A DNA stretch of 58,954 nucleotides, counting the filler, from Bipalium vagum (Eukaryota), in NCBI GenBank assembly GCA_037834085.1. It is 3 parts of 3 records of this genome, joined end to end, with 100 filler letters (N's around TTAATTAATTAA, not from the genome) between each part and the next. Parts side by side here need not be neighbours in the genome. Positions count along the whole stretch, not along the records: positions 15,785 to 41,010 come from JBBMKC010196052.1; positions 41,111 to 58,954 come from JBBMKC010049208.1; 1 more part is not named here. One strand, 5' to 3'. The notes under the pieces were generated by a model. That model did not search any database, was not told the DNA's origin, and saw nothing but the letters and a program-made list of their open reading frames with translations. Each line of letters begins with the position of its first letter. Position 1 is the stretch's first letter. This document shows, one piece after another, positions 26,701 to 41,349 of this stretch. The position numbers and the translations under genes were made by a program.

Positions 26701-29700
26701 ATTGCTAATATATAGTAATGCGGAGCTAAATTTTGGCACTTCATTACATAAACAGAATATTAATTATCTTTGTACACATTGTTTATTTTAAATGGGGGTA
26801 GACTTCAATCAATATTCGTAGACAATTGTGGTTAATAGAAGATCTTTCATTAATAAATGCTTTTTGAAAATGATCCGATTAGAGAAATGTATTCAAATAT
26901 AATTTTAAAGCCAACTGATTTTCTCTGCTGTAAAAATATTTCCTGGCGGATTCTAAAGATTTTAAAGAATCCTGTATAAATTTTTTTCGTACTCCAGACA
27001 TCAAAATTAAATTTAAAAATACAAATGAGAAAATTTCATTTAAAAAAGAACTAAAATTCAGTCTAAAGTACATGTTAAAGATCTATACTAGGAAATCATA
27101 TGCAGCCAAATATAACGAATTTTCAATTACTACTACTTAATATAAGTAAGAAAGAGCAGAAAGGTTTCGCTAATTATTTTTTAAAAATTTATGATTTTTG
27201 GTAGGCTTTAAGTTGTTCTTTGAAAATAATAAAAAGAAAAGATCAAGTTAACACGTCATTTAAATTCAGCATATTGAATCAAATTTTTGGATCAATAATC
27301 TCTAAGGTGGTTTGTTTCCCTGATATTTCTTAATTTTTATCTTTACGTAATCCATTCATATTGATGATAGTGTTGGTCCCAATGGTGACAACATGGGTAC
27401 GCCATCTGTTTATTTATACCATTCATTGTTAAGCATAAAAGATATATTCTCTGTACTAAATTCTAGTAACTGTCGTAGTGTTTTATCATCCATCGTTTGT
27501 TTATCTCTTACTCCACAAATCAACTCAAAGATCAATTGTTTCTGAAATCGAAACAGATTGAGAATATTATATCGTTAACAAAAAGAATAGAAAATCAAAA
27601 AACCTAAATACAAAAAATTAACAAGGTGTTGAGAAAAAGACCCTTGACAAATTTAATCTTAACTGATTGTTAACAAGCAGTGTGTCTTTACTTTTAAAGA
27701 TTTTATGTTAGGGATGTTAGTACGCAAGAATAAATCCAAACAGAAATTTAAAGCTTATGAAAAACGTGACAAAAAATGGTTTTAAGAACAACATTTCCAA
27801 GATAGACTATAGTTTTGCCTCAAAAAACAAAGCTTCTTGATTCACAAAACCGAATATTCTCGGTGGAAAAATCATATTGTTTATTTGGTGGCATCAGAAA
27901 TATATTATTAAAACCTTTAGAAAGAATAATTTGTGAATGTTATCGATTGCAGGTCATCCTTTGAAGAAAATGCAATAATATATTTGTAAATAAGACAAAA
28001 GTGAGATAAAATTGTAAGTATATTTTAAAAAATTTGTTTAAGTTTAAATTTAATTTAAAATCAATAAATGAAAGTGTACAATAATTAATTAAGTTATAAA
28101 AATCACTAATTAATATTTTTGAGCCAAAGTTATTTGAATATCAGAAAATCAGGTGGGTAATTCGAAAAGCACTGCTTAAAAAGATTGTCATAAAAATAAG
28201 TTACTGAAAATTCTTTGTCTGAAGACGTAGCGATCAATAAAAATGTTATTGAATCACAATTTGACAAAAATACATTACAATTGACAGGAATGTGGGCTAT
28301 AAAATCTTGTATAGTTAATTGTTAAAAATAACGATACTCTTGGTTTTCAGATCCAGTTGTGACATATTTTGATAAGCTTAGGAAAATGATTGCATAAAAT
28401 AATATCTGGTATTTATTGAAAAATTGGCGAAATATTTATATTTCACAATTAACTTATACACCTGCTACAAGGGAGTAAAGAAAATCAAAAATTTAATCTG
28501 TACCAGATTGTCGATAAAATCGCAAAAACCATATAGGAGAAAAGTATAACAGGGTACCAGGTAATTAAAAATTATATAATACAACAAATAAATATTTTTT
28601 CTGATTTGCCATTTCTTTTTATGAAGTAGTAATAGCCAAATACAAATGTGTACAAATCATGTATCAGATATTCAAACAACGTCGATTTTATTTTATATTA
28701 AAATAGGATTTCGGAAATTGTAGGTAAGTGTTTAATTGCTTTAATAATTAAAATAATCAGGTGCAGTCAATTGAAGAACGAGTCAAAATCGTATGACTTA
28801 CCTGAATTCAGCAACATCAATAAGACGACACTTAAGAAAGTTGAAATGGATAAGAATGGAAAATAGTCAGAGAATACGACAATTAATTTTCTAACAAGAT
28901 GGAGCTCCAGTTTATTATTCGTTTGACGTTAGAAAGAACAGCACATTTCAAGGAAAGTGGATTGAGATAGCAGGAACGTTCTACTGGACTGTGAAATTTT
29001 ACATTTTATCAAAAATTTAAAGTGTGTTATCTTAAGCATATTTAAAAATAATACATTTTAAAATCTGATAATTAAGTTTTTTCAAATTCTGGGAAGAAAA
29101 ATTATGAAAATAAAACTAACGAAAATTTATCAGAACCAATAAATGAAAATGATGCATAGAATAAAAACTTTATGTAGACAGAAGAAGCAGTAATCAATTG
29201 ATATTTGCATTTAAATAACCACTCATTCTCTAAAGATGTCAATCTTTAGATTTTTTATTATTTCTATACAATTTTGATTGAATCTCAATAATTGGGCTTT
29301 TTGTGACATATTTAATGACTCCAATAATGACCACAATTTTCATGATTATTTAGATCTACTTGTATTCATATAAATCTGTCTTAATTAAATTTAAAGAAAT
29401 CTCACTTAATGTTGATATCACACCCAATAGTGATTAGAAACTGGACTGCTTCAATATTATTTTTCAAAACGGCTAAGTGCAGTAGATGATGACCATCGAT
29501 TAAAATTCGATGAATGTCGAGAGCTTTCAGACCATTTTTAACCAACTTGCGAAATATCTTGTCGGACAAAGAGATGAGTCCAGTCCATAATGTTAAAGTA
29601 AACGGACTTTCTCCACTGGCATCTGTCATCAACCAATTCACTGTACAACCGTTCTTCTCTGAAAACTTGATCGTAATCATTAGCATGATTGTAAAATAAA

Positions 29701-32700
29701 ATACCATCAAAATTCACAAATAAATTGATTAATTCAATATTTTTCGTTTTTATCGCCAAATGTGTTGGGGTACAAAGGTCTACAGTCAAGATTTTGTCTT
29801 GGTTTGTTTTCTTTGATTTTATACGACTGCCTGATTTTCCTCTTTTCTTATGTCGAGGTTTTAAATGATCCAGGTCTACCGATGAAGGAGTACTGCTATT
29901 TTTTTGGAAATTTGATTTAAATGAGCAATCTTCCGGATCAGACATCATAGCATCCTTAAAGGGGTTTAAATCATTCCCTTTACACAGCCAAGATGAAAGA
30001 GCTACATCTGATGCGATGTTATGGATAGGTTTTATATCCTGAAAAAAATTGTACATTCAAGTTTCCCCAAAAACCTTGATTTCAAAAATATATATTTGAA
30101 AATAAACTCTAAAAAAAACAGCCCTGTTTAACCTGGGTTGACTTTACATTTTATTTCTCATTAATAAATTGCCAGATATTTGTTGCAAAAATAAAAAAAA
30201 CAAACCTCTCAATATTAAAATTTGTTCTCAGGTGGTTATAGCCTATATATTTTCACTATATGTTAATTAATTAATATTAATAAAAATGCAAAAAATAGAA
30301 AAAATGACTTGAGATTTACTTTATTAATATAAGAGATCGTCAATTATTATAATAATTTAATTTAGACGGCAAGAAAGGACTAGTAATACTCTATAGTAAG
30401 TTGATTGTCTCAAGAATAAATGAATCATATTCGACATATCATGAATTCTTATTTTTATTATTAGACAAAAAAAAGTCAAATAAAGTTGAACAACTTGTAC
30501 ACAAAAAATATCGATCAGAGTTCAAATATTTGGCTGTAAATCCAAAAATTTGTATTAATAAGGCAAATAAAAAATAAACGAGGTTATCGTATAAAATCCA
30601 TTTCTCTTCACATTTGAATAACAGGTTAAAAAAATAATCAGTCTCTTAACTAGAAATGCCAACCAAGAAAATCAACAGAAATTGATTTTGATTTTCAAAT
30701 TAGAAAAAATAAACCAATTACAGACTTATTAAAGATGTCGCAAAAAATCTAAAATAAAGAAGAAATCCGATGCACTATTAAATTATATCTCTAGAAAGGG
30801 AAAAATTGATATTCATGCTATGCTGTCAACAATAGAAACCATTTATAGATATGATACCATATCAGAAATAACTATATTGGAATGATTCGAAGGATTTCGA
30901 CAATGTAACTTTGAGTTGAAAGATATGCCTAGCTCTGGTCGACCAATAGAAGATAAAGACGATGGATTCATGAAAATCATCACGTAAGGCAGTCAGTCAC
31001 ATAAGCAGTTATGACATTGCTAAAGATCTAGACATTTGTCAAGTTGTTTTAAGTCACCTACAAAAGTCTGGGATTACATGAAAAAACCTGACATTTAAGT
31101 TAAAAGAATTAGGAGAATTTCTATTTGTGTAATCTTTATTGAAAAGAAACTAACTTGGATAATTTTTTAAAATTGTGATCACCTGAGATGAAAAGTGGAT
31201 TACGTATGATAATAATGTAAGGAAAAAACTGTCTTCAAGAAAGGTTATGTTGTCTGTTTTCTTAGCTTTGGAATTCAGAATTCTTTATTTTCTTATCAGC
31301 AACTTGAAAGTTTAAATATAGCGATATAAAGCCGGCTTGAAATAATAAACAGAAAGAGCGTTGTGTTCTATCAAGAAAACCCACAATCACCTACAACTTC
31401 AAAGACTCTCTGAAAATTGAAAGAACTTGTCCGAGAAGTTCTGATGTATCCAGCGTATAGTCCAGACTTAGCACGGCCAGACGACCATTTGTTTCTGCAG
31501 AATTATTTTAATAGAGTGCTAATGGTTACAAGAGAAGACGGTAAAATGTATATAGTATAGTTTTTGATCAGAAATCTCAGAAATTCTATAGTGATACCAT
31601 TATAAATTTAGCAGATAAATGGAGAAAGATTATCAACAAATAGAATATATTTGATTCAATAAAGATTATTCATCATTTGAAAACAGTTTTTCATTTACAA
31701 AATGACGCAATTAAAAGGTCAAATAATAATTTTCGCAAATAGCAACATGTCATAAACTTAAAACTTAGCTTCTAATATTGAGATTACAAATTTTAAATTA
31801 AAACAAAGAAAACCAAAAAATATAGATAATATCCTTATAAGTACAAAAGATTTACTCATTAATACAAACAATCATTCAATCAATTTAATGTGAGATGTGA
31901 TCATAACATTTCCTTTCATTCAAATTTGACTTTGTCAGGGATACAACGTTTTTTGCAGAATCTGATTTCAAGGAACCCAGATTAAGAACTCCTGGTTAGA
32001 AAATCATGTTAATATTAACATGTATCTTTGAAAAATAATATTTTCATAATTATTTTTTATATATAATAAAACATAAATAGCATTTTATGGCTAAAATAAC
32101 TCGATAATTATACTAACGTTATTATTATTTTCTTGCTCCAGTTCTCCTTTCAAAGAAGTTATGGAATTAAAACTCTCACAGCTGCTAAAAATGTCGTCTT
32201 TATCCAAAGAATTTAATTGATTTATAGTTTTCCTTCGCACCAAATTCGGATCAGCTCCATATAAAAAAAGTAGTTTGCATAATCGACAAAGCTCGTTTTC
32301 AATTGCCATATGCAACGAAGACTCCTTAAAATTATTGGTCATATTCACTAATGTCTCAATACCAGAGACATTAGACATTTGATGAGATTTAGATTTTTGT
32401 CTGCTACTGAAAGTTTCCAGAACAAATATTGCTGCATCCTCCATATTCCTGGAAATTAAGTCGAGGAAAATAGAATTTCCAGTTTCCGCATCGTTCAAGC
32501 AACTAGGATCGGCATCATATTCGATCAAGGTACAAGTTGGACTAATCTTCATAAAACACAGTTCTGTAAAAGAAGCTTTGTAAAAATACAAAATATTAAG
32601 GTTTTTAATTGATTAAAAAAAATAACAAAACTCATTTAAAAAGCATTTTAAGAATTTCTAAACAAAAGCGATACTTTTTTTACAATCATAACAAATAAAT

Positions 32701-35700
32701 ATAATTTATTTACAGTGCGTTCAATAATAAAAAGAAATTGACAAAAATATAATAAAATTCTCAGTTTAACTCTTAATAATCTGTTATATTGTAAAGAAAT
32801 TAATAGTGGTTTTTATGACTTCACTTTTGCATTAATCGCTAAATGAAATTTTTTTATTAATAAAAATTTTCTTATATTGTAAAGCAAAATCTTTTAAAAA
32901 TGTAAGTCGACAAAAATTTTTAATAAAGAAAAGTTATCTAAAATTTTTTAGTCATTTGAAAACGAGATGAACGAAATACAAATTAGAGCAACGTTCCTTT
33001 ATGAATAAAAAGGAGTAATAATGCTGCACAAACTGCTCGAAATCTGAACCGCATATTTGGAGAAGTTACCACTAGTGAACGTAGAGATTTTAGGATAGAG
33101 ATGAAAATATTCAAGATAAAAATGGTCGTGAACTAAAATCTTCATATCTCACTAATTCGCATACAACCGTTCGACAGCTTAGCTGTGCGCTAGAATTTTC
33201 AACTATGACTGTTTCAAACTATTTTCGAGAAATAGGAAAGTTAAAGAAACTCGATAAATCGGTTCCACACTATTTTAAAAAAAAGTAAAATTTATCTCGT
33301 TTTGAAGTGTCGTCATTTTGGACAAGTTCTTCAGCGAGAGAACCTCCCAAATGATGTTGCTATCATTAAAGCCTTTGAAGATTTTGTAACATTTAGAACT
33401 CCAGATTTTTATCGTACCGGACTGATTGGGAGAATAATAGTTTCTATTTTGATAAATAAAATTTTTGTTTAAGTTTCAATTTATTCATTTGAAATTCAAT
33501 TTTAAAAACCGTCATTTATTTTTTAATAATCAAAATTAATTTTAAAAACATTTTTGTTTAACGAAAAATTTTCGAAAATGACGTGAAAAATTTTAAATCA
33601 AGTATTCAGAAATTATAAAAAGACATTATTTTTTTGAAAAGTACATAAGCATATATATTCATATCTTTAACGAGTAATTAACACAGTCTCCAATTTTTGA
33701 AATTAAATCGAAAACCATATTTGGCATACTTCGAATTAAATTTTTAACAGTGATCTTTGGAATTGAATTCCTGACTCTAATAAAGATTTTCAGAAGTTTT
33801 TTATCTTTTTGTGCTTGTTATCTTGCTACACGGTACGTACAATTATACCCCATAAATTCTAAATGGAATTACAGGGTTTATAACCTCATTTCAAATATTT
33901 GTAAATCAATTTTAAAAAATAAAAATAAGAAAAAGTATTACATATATTTACATATAAACATTTAATCATCATAGATGGACTCCTTATTAATACATTTTGT
34001 TAGGAATTTAAACATGTGTCTGTAATAAGAATTACAATCATCAGCGCCTATTAAATTTCCTACGTTGTCGATCAATCCAAATAAATCTTTTTCATTTTCA
34101 GGACGAGCTTGTCTGATGCTTTGTTTTCATTTTGAGAATAAGTTCTCAATAGGATTTCGAAACGGCGAATAAGGAGGCAAAAACAATACCCTATGACCCC
34201 CTTCTACCATTTCACGATTTGTGAAATGGAACATTTTCCATTATGATTACCACAGATCCATGTTCTCAAATTAAATCTTTTGCTATTAATTCGGTTATAA
34301 ACGCCTGAAATGTAATCGTCTTATATGCAGTCGTCTGTGCATGATAATGGACAATTCCATTTTTATTCATTGCGCAACAGACGGAGATGTAACGTGACCG
34401 CAATCAACGTACAACATGAATTGCTCTCTTTCCACATAATGATCTTCCTTTTCTTGAGCGCCTACCTCATCAACGAAGAACAATTTGAATTCATCATATA
34501 ATGATAAGTTATTTAAAAAGCATTGTGCATATTTTTCTCGATCATCCAATACTCTTTCATCATTTCTTTTTACTGGCATTAACGAAATATTCTTAAATGT
34601 ATAAGAAAATCCTTCAACGTAATTATGCACAGTTTTTACGTATACTGAAATATTAAACTTTTCTCTTAATCTAGATCTTAATGCTTCAAGAGTTATGCCA
34701 GCATCTTCGTCAATCCGAGACTTTTATGCATTGATATGTTCCGTGTTTAATGTATTTCCTTCTTTCACCACCTTTTAATTTATGCTCAATACTGTTTTCA
34801 TTTAAATAAATTTTCAAAACGGAATAAACCGTTGATAAATTAACATTTCATATGTTCGAAATTTCCTTTTTTCGAATGTCCTTTATGTAAGATCTAGTAA
34901 GCATGCAAGTCACTTTATACCTAGAACATTGTGGGATTTTAAGAAAGAGATGGTACCTCGATTGACATGACAAATGTTGTCTTGTTGAAAAACTAGTTTC
35001 AATCCTCCGTATTTTTTTTATAAAATACATCAAACATTTTCTTAACTTATCTTGGTATGTGTCACTGTCAAGTCGTGTTGGTATGAACTCTAAGACCGAC
35101 GTCTAAGTCCATATGATCTAAACACTCACATATCATCACAAAATCTCCACAAGAAAGGTTCTTTAGTTACATCACACCAATATCCAATAACCATCAGACC
35201 AACCCAGAAAAAAATGTTGTCCGCTGGTTGTACAAACGCGCTATTTTATGAAAATGTTTCACTTTTTGGCAAGACACTATTTTTTGCTGTTATAATATTT
35301 GAATTACTTTTCAAGGTGTTTCATATAGTTGTCTTGCTTATATCCAAATTTAATACCTTTTTGATTTCATTAAAACTATTTTTTGAGCATGTAGTCATTT
35401 TAAAAATCCTTCTCTATCCACAAATTTACTGATTGTTCTCATTATTTGAAATAATCTTTTGAAAATTCAAGACATTTATCAGCATGTTGCTGCATATAAC
35501 TTACGCGAAAAGCTTGATTTAAGTCTCTTAAATTGATGCCATATTTGTACTCAACATTTATCAAAAAATCAATTCTTCCTCATTCTTAATCTGTTAATTT
35601 TTTTATTAATTGGTATTACAAATATATTAAAAGTCAAAAATCTTCTTATAATTAACGAAAGCCTAAAATTTTAAATATGCGAATATTTTTCCATTTTTAA

Positions 35701-36363
35701 TTTAGAAAAACAATATTTTTGAGTACATACGAATTACTATTTATTACGATTTAAATAATTACCGAATTTTATAACTAAGTGGAACTCGCTTAAATATCAC
35801 AAAACATTAAAATGTCTCATAATTATTGAACGTGTTGTGTAATACCTTAAAGGTAAAGAGTAATGGCTCGAATACCTTAAGTCAGCATTGTAGTGCGTAT
35901 GTAAACCAAAAATGGAAATAATAGTAATAATGAAAAAAATCGAGAACAAACAAAATCACCTATAAAAAATATTAAACAATAATACAAAAATAGGTAGACA
36001 AAAATAAATAGATAAAACTAAGATAAATAACTATGCAAGAAATGTAGGAAATAAGTCAAAATAAAAATGCTTCAGTTAATTTTAAAATATTTTCTGAATT
36101 AAAATTTTATTTTGGAAATTGAAAAACCTAAAGAAAAAGTATGGAAACCCTTTCAGTTCGTTAAGTCAGAAATGCATCTTTTAAAACGATGTTAATTAGA
36201 TGATATACATAAATCATTTCCCACTGATTTACATAAGAACACCCTTGATCTTTGATCATACTGCGTATTACTGTTATATTTTATAAGATCAGTTTTTATG
36301 AAATAATTCTTGAATTATAATACTAAAAACAAAAAAACAACATTAACAACAAATGTTGATAAC

Positions 36364-36428
<65 letters not shown>

Positions 36429-39400
36429 TAAAATTAAATAAATTATCTTAACCGTTTTACCCATCATTTCGATTGGACCGTCGATTGAAATAGGTCAAAC
36501 GGATATTTGATAAATGTTGACATAGACATCATATGAGAATTTTACGTTTATTCCGTCTAATCTGTTTTTCGTCTTTTTTGTCAATGATAATATTTCTACT
36601 TTTATTATGTCAAATAATTCGTTTGAAAACAAAATAAGAAAAATAAAAATAAATGATAAAAAAAAATAAATGACAAAAATAAAAAAACAAAAAATATTTA
36701 AATAAATAAAAATTAATAAAATTGCATATAAAAAACTAATTTAACCTTTGAAGTCTTTATAATCTTTCAATAAATCTGGTCGATATTCTCGACATATAGC
36801 CAACCACAATGGTAAAGGAGGGACAATTATATGCGAATTTGACATGGTCATAGTCGAATATTTATTATATTGTCTTTTATTAGTGCACCACGAATTAGCC
36901 CCATTAACCGTTGTGCAGCGACCACTTTCTAAAATAGCCTTTAGTACTACTTCATTACCAGATAATATTGAGGAGCACAATGCGGTCCTATGCATAGGCA
37001 ATGTTATTGGGACGCATGATGTAGACAATAAATAATTTACATGTTATTGGCGTCAACATGATTTATGTCTACTCCACTTTGGATCAAAACAGTTGCAATT
37101 TTAGTCATTTTAGAAATGTAATCATTATCTTCTGTCTGTGGCATTAAATTAGCGATTATCTGTAAAGGGGTTTGTAAAAGGTCGGGACTCAAGGGATTTA
37201 ACTGGAAAACAAAACTGTCATCAAAATATTAATAGGAAACATGTTAATTGAATGTTAAATACATATCTTATATAATTTGTTCAATATATATGAGCAAGAT
37301 TATTAGAAGTATTAATTTTTTTGAAGACGATAACACTCAGAATTATTAAAAAACGTTAAAAAATTTACAAGTCAAAAATTGTGTTTGGAAAATAAAAATA
37401 AAGAAATAAATTACAAAATTAACTAAAAATTATTATAATTATTCAAATGAATATTATTTAATATAATACAGAAAAAATTAAATAGAACCATAAATCAATA
37501 AATCTAAAAAATAAAATAAAATATTATTAATAACAATAAATTAAATTAAATAAAAATAAAAACCAATAAAATAAAATATCAATAATTGAATTATTAAAAT
37601 ATATTTATTAACTTAAGTATCAATTATAGTCAAAAAAATTTATAAAACATTCTTGTCATTATCGATAAAATATTTTATAGTTTGATGAAATTTTTAGATC
37701 ATTAAATAAAATGATAGCTAGTATTAATAATATTTTATTATAAAAATACTTTAAAGTGCAACTTATACCATTACATCATATAACATGAACCACATTGGAA
37801 TCTGATCTAGTAAATGTATGATTAAAAACAATAATAAAAAATCAGTAAAAATTCGTATACTTCATAAATTTTTCAATTATTTAACAGTTGAAAATCACTT
37901 TTTATACATATTTAATTTATAATTTTAGAAAATATTTCGCAGAACTGATAATTATCAAATCACTTTAATTTTACAGAAAATTTTATGAAAAATAATTACA
38001 TTTTATGCTGAAATATGATATTTTATTTTTTATAAGATCATCTATTCAAATTTTGCAATAACTTTTTTATAATAAAAAAACTAAACAAAACATTAATGGA
38101 AAATTAATAAAAATGAATTGCTTTTGATCTTTATATTAATTAAATATAATCAATATGGACTTCAACAAAAAAATTTATTAGATGTTATATTATTATTAAT
38201 ATTACTTAAATTCCACATATACACCAGTAATGTGAACTTATTCATACTCCTAATGAGAAATAATAAATATAAAATTAATATATACTAATAAAAATAAGAA
38301 ATAGAAAAATCACAAAATAAGAACAAACTTGTGTCGAGAAGGTAAATAATTTACTAATATATTCTTCGAAAGGTAAAAGTTCCGTTAGAATAATTATAAT
38401 GTTACCTCGTTAAAACCAATAATTTTATAACTAGACCTGGTAAATAATTGATTTTATTTTTAAAATAATTAAAATAAAATATTAGACACCGATCATCATT
38501 TTTTTATTTGAGTCGGAAAAGTTGTTTATTTGACACAGTTTGGAGTTTTGAATAACAAAGTTTTTCAACATAGAATTTAATTACGTTTTTCAATTATTCC
38601 TACCTGAAATATTTGAAATATTTCTGAAATGTATTTGAAAAAGAAATACATTAAATAATTAAAATAAATTATAATCTTTAAATGATTGTCCAAGGGGTTA
38701 TTATTGAAGAAGAATTATTGATTGAAATTTTTACAAATATCAGTAAAACAAAAACCGGGCTGACAGGAAAATATTTATTGATTTTATATTTAACTTCAAT
38801 TTAACTATATTTTAAATGAAATAATAATAAAAGAAAATCGGTGGATTAAAATTGTAATCAATAAGTTAATTTCATTTATTGTTTGGTTTTTTATTTTTGT
38901 CATCTTTAGAATGGAAGATCGGAATCAAAGACTTCGTCACCAAACATCATGTAATATTGTAAGCTCAACGTATTATATGAAAACATAGAAAGCCACATCA
39001 ATCATAGGGGTTTCATGAAAAATCTCGATTTATGGATTTCAAACTAGCTAAAAGGAAATTCACAGTAGACAACGCGTTGAAATCTGTTACTTGCTTATTA
39101 AACACAAAAATGGATTTTCTGCAATAATGCTCATCGGAAAATATAGCAGTGTAGACATCGTCCAAAGCAGATCATTATCAAAAGGAAGTTATGCAATACA
39201 TTTGAGGGATTATCAAGGAATCAAATACGTCGTAATTTTGATACGAAAGTAAAGTATCAATACTGGTATTTTCATTGATTATTTGATAAAATTGAACATG
39301 GAAATCCCAGTTAAATGCCCATAATTGGCAACCGTAGATGCATTAATTTTGTTCGGATAATATAAAACCACACACTTCTTTGGTCACGAGACGAAAAAAA

Positions 39401-40109
39401 TATTAAACCATGCTATATGAAAAAATTCTTGAATGATAAAACTTTTACTAATGATGCTGAAGTTAAATCTAAACTATTTCAGATTTTTTCAGATAAACCA
39501 AAGATTTTTTATGAACGACGAACTATTTTTGCTGCCTGGAAAATGGAAACAGTTCATTAGTAGCAATAGACAATTAATAATTTAATGAAAATATATTGTT
39601 TCACATAGTTTCATGAATTTTTTTCTTGCCAGCCCAATAATATAATAATAATTAAGTACTAATATAAAAAAATATGGTAAAGCAATTTCTTTTAAAATTA
39701 ATTACATGGCATCCATTTTGGATAAGAAAACAAGTAGAAAATTCATCGCAGCGCAAAATAGCTTTATGCAGTAAACTCAGACCATAATTGTCCACAGAAT
39801 TTGGATTAGCACAATTTGCTAGTAATGTCTGACACAATTCTACTCTTTTGCTGGTAAGAGCCAAGTCTAAAACTATTTCTCCTTCGTCATTAATAACATT
39901 GACAAGTTCTTCCAACTAATGTCAAGATATAATTCTCTAATATTTCAAAATAGTTATACCTGGGAATAATTCTCATTAATATAAAGAAAAACAACATCAT
40001 CACGATTAGCTTTCACAGCAGCATGTAAGGGAAAATTAGACTGTGCTTCTAATAGTTCTAGCAATATACTGGCTCCCAAACAACTGAAATCGTCCGTCGT
40101 ATATTCATT
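17785..40109 (-). CDS. ANKFY1: Rabankyrin-5 (ankyrin repeat and FYVE domain protein), multi-exon, partial. Approximate exons: 39960-40109, 39706-39915, 37040-37202, 36745-36987, ~32100-32565, 29406-30038, 25496-25693, 24270-25430 (several), 23613-23703, 21120-21250, 18690-18780, 17923-18069, 17785-17875
   Basis: NEYTTDDFSCLG..FPLHAAVKANRDDVVFLYI and VLDLAL..GLSLLHKAI match rabankyrin-5; DNLGRNFLHVAV; many ankyrin repeats; LLLKLLDSLDNEPNWLDGELCVSCISKFSLKNRKHH(C) is the first half of a FYVE domain; GT-AG junctions. Confidence 0.9.
19485..21027 (-). mobile_element. Full-length (~1.54 kb) Tc1 element with TIRs and TA duplication; transposase pseudogenised
   Basis: TA|CAGTGCACCACAAATTAATTGCC ... 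GGCAATTAATATGTGGCGCACTG|TA; WSNEKKFNLDGPDG, FQQDNCRCH, WPPYSPDLNPIENLW. Confidence 0.95.
22040..23200 (-). mobile_element. Highly decayed Tc1/mariner-like relic
   Basis: Only weak remnants (LERSGR; a YSPDLNP-like stretch near 22150). Confidence 0.35.
27270..27530 (-). mobile_element. Penelope-like element reverse transcriptase fragment
   Basis: LRQLLEFSTENISFMLNNEWYK*TDGVPMLSPLGPTLSS resembles PLE YxQxDGVAMGSPLGPTLS. Confidence 0.8.
30700..31680 (+). mobile_element. mariner relic
   Basis: PSSGRP; IVIT*DEKWITYDN; YPAYSPDLARPDDHLF. Confidence 0.85.
32950..33500 (+). mobile_element. Internally deleted mariner relic
   Basis: IRATFLYE*K..NAAQTARNLNRIFG; TTVRQL; IGKVKKLDKSVPH. Confidence 0.75.
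33960..34850 (-). mobile_element. Tc1/IS630-type transposase relic
   Basis: LFFVDEVG; VIMENVPFH; LFLPPYSPFRNPIENLFSK. Confidence 0.85.
34870..35600 (-). mobile_element. Tc1 relic
   Basis: DGY..YW.D, LDSDTYQDKL, FQQDNICHV; resembles the family at 19485-21027. Confidence 0.65.
36364..36424. repeat. (AAT)~20 microsatellite
   Basis: Seen directly. Confidence 0.95.
38755..39638 (+). mobile_element. mariner relic with TIRs
   Basis: CCGGGCTGACAGGAAAA / TTTTCTTGCCAGCCCAA; DNIKPHTSLVT; LPGKWKQFISSN C-terminus. Confidence 0.8.
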
Positions 40110-41010
40110 CTAAAGATTAGCAGTTGAAAATTCTGTAATTTGTAAAGATTTTATAAAAATTAAATTAAAGTTTACTTAATTTTTTTATACGTGAAAAGAT
40201 CTTAAAGTATTGATTAATACTTTTTAATCTAAAAGGAATGTATTAGTTTTTATCATGTGAAATGTCCGATTTCAATAGTTAATTATTGCAAAATTGTTAC
40301 TATCTTTTATTTTATTATACCATATTGTATTTTGAAATCCTCACATTAAAAGATTGCATTTTCATATTTATTTAAATAATCCAAAAAATACCAGGAATGG
40401 CGCACAATCTACTTATAGGAATGGAAATTATGACAAGCAGCTTGGAAAGCTGTTTCAAACATTAATATGGCATTTGACAAAAGTATATTTGATGATTTGC
40501 GGAAGATAACGAAAACAGAACAAAAGCAGACCATGGTAAGCCCAGAAGAGTCATTGAAAATGAAGATTTATTAACTTTACAAAACCTAAGGGTATACCAA
40601 TATGTATCTTCAACTTCATCCCCTCAAAAAATAAGATTCTTACATAAATGATATTCAAATGTGTTGAAAAAAAATTATTAAACGTCTTCGATTGTTCTTT
40701 CTCTTGTAATCGGACATTTCATATGATACAACCTGATATCAGAAAAAAATCCGCACAATTTTAAATTCTCAGTAAAATTTATAAGGATTGCAGATATGTT
40801 TGTTCTATTTTTATTTAAATATTTTTATCATAAAAGAAGGCACAAAATAATGAATAATTTATACAAATTATATTATTTTTATACTTATGAAGGCAACAAG
40901 AATTCGTAGAGGTATTAGATAATACAAGGTCTCCCAAAAGAAGCTTTACTACTTTTAACATATTAAATACTAAGTAGTTTTTGTTTAAATAAATTAATAT
41001 TTAACATTAT

Positions 41011-41110
41011 NNNNNNNNNNNNNNNNNNNNNNNNNNNNNNNNNNNNNNNNNNNNTTAATTAATTAANNNNNNNNNNNNNNNNNNNNNNNNNNNNNNNNNN
41101 NNNNNNNNNN
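41011..41110. other. Assembly spacer: 44 N + TTAATTAATTAA + 44 N
   Basis: Same as 15685-15784. Confidence 0.97.
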
Positions 41111-41349
41111 TTATATATTTTGATAATAATATTATTTTTAAAATTAATAAAATGAGAATTTAAAATTTCTTTTTTTGAAAATCTTTTCTAAGAATTTTTA
41201 TAAAAAATGTGCACATCGAAAAATATTTTAAAATTATTAAAAAAATATGTTTACATTGTTTTTTCATTTTATTTTTTTATTTATTAATTTTCATTTCATT
41301 TTGAAAACCGTCTCAAATAATTTTTATTCCTTAATTTATGAAATATTTT

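Noticed and set aside
38683-38695. miR-219-like TGATTGTCCAA
   Set aside because: Only 11 nt match and no precursor hairpin.
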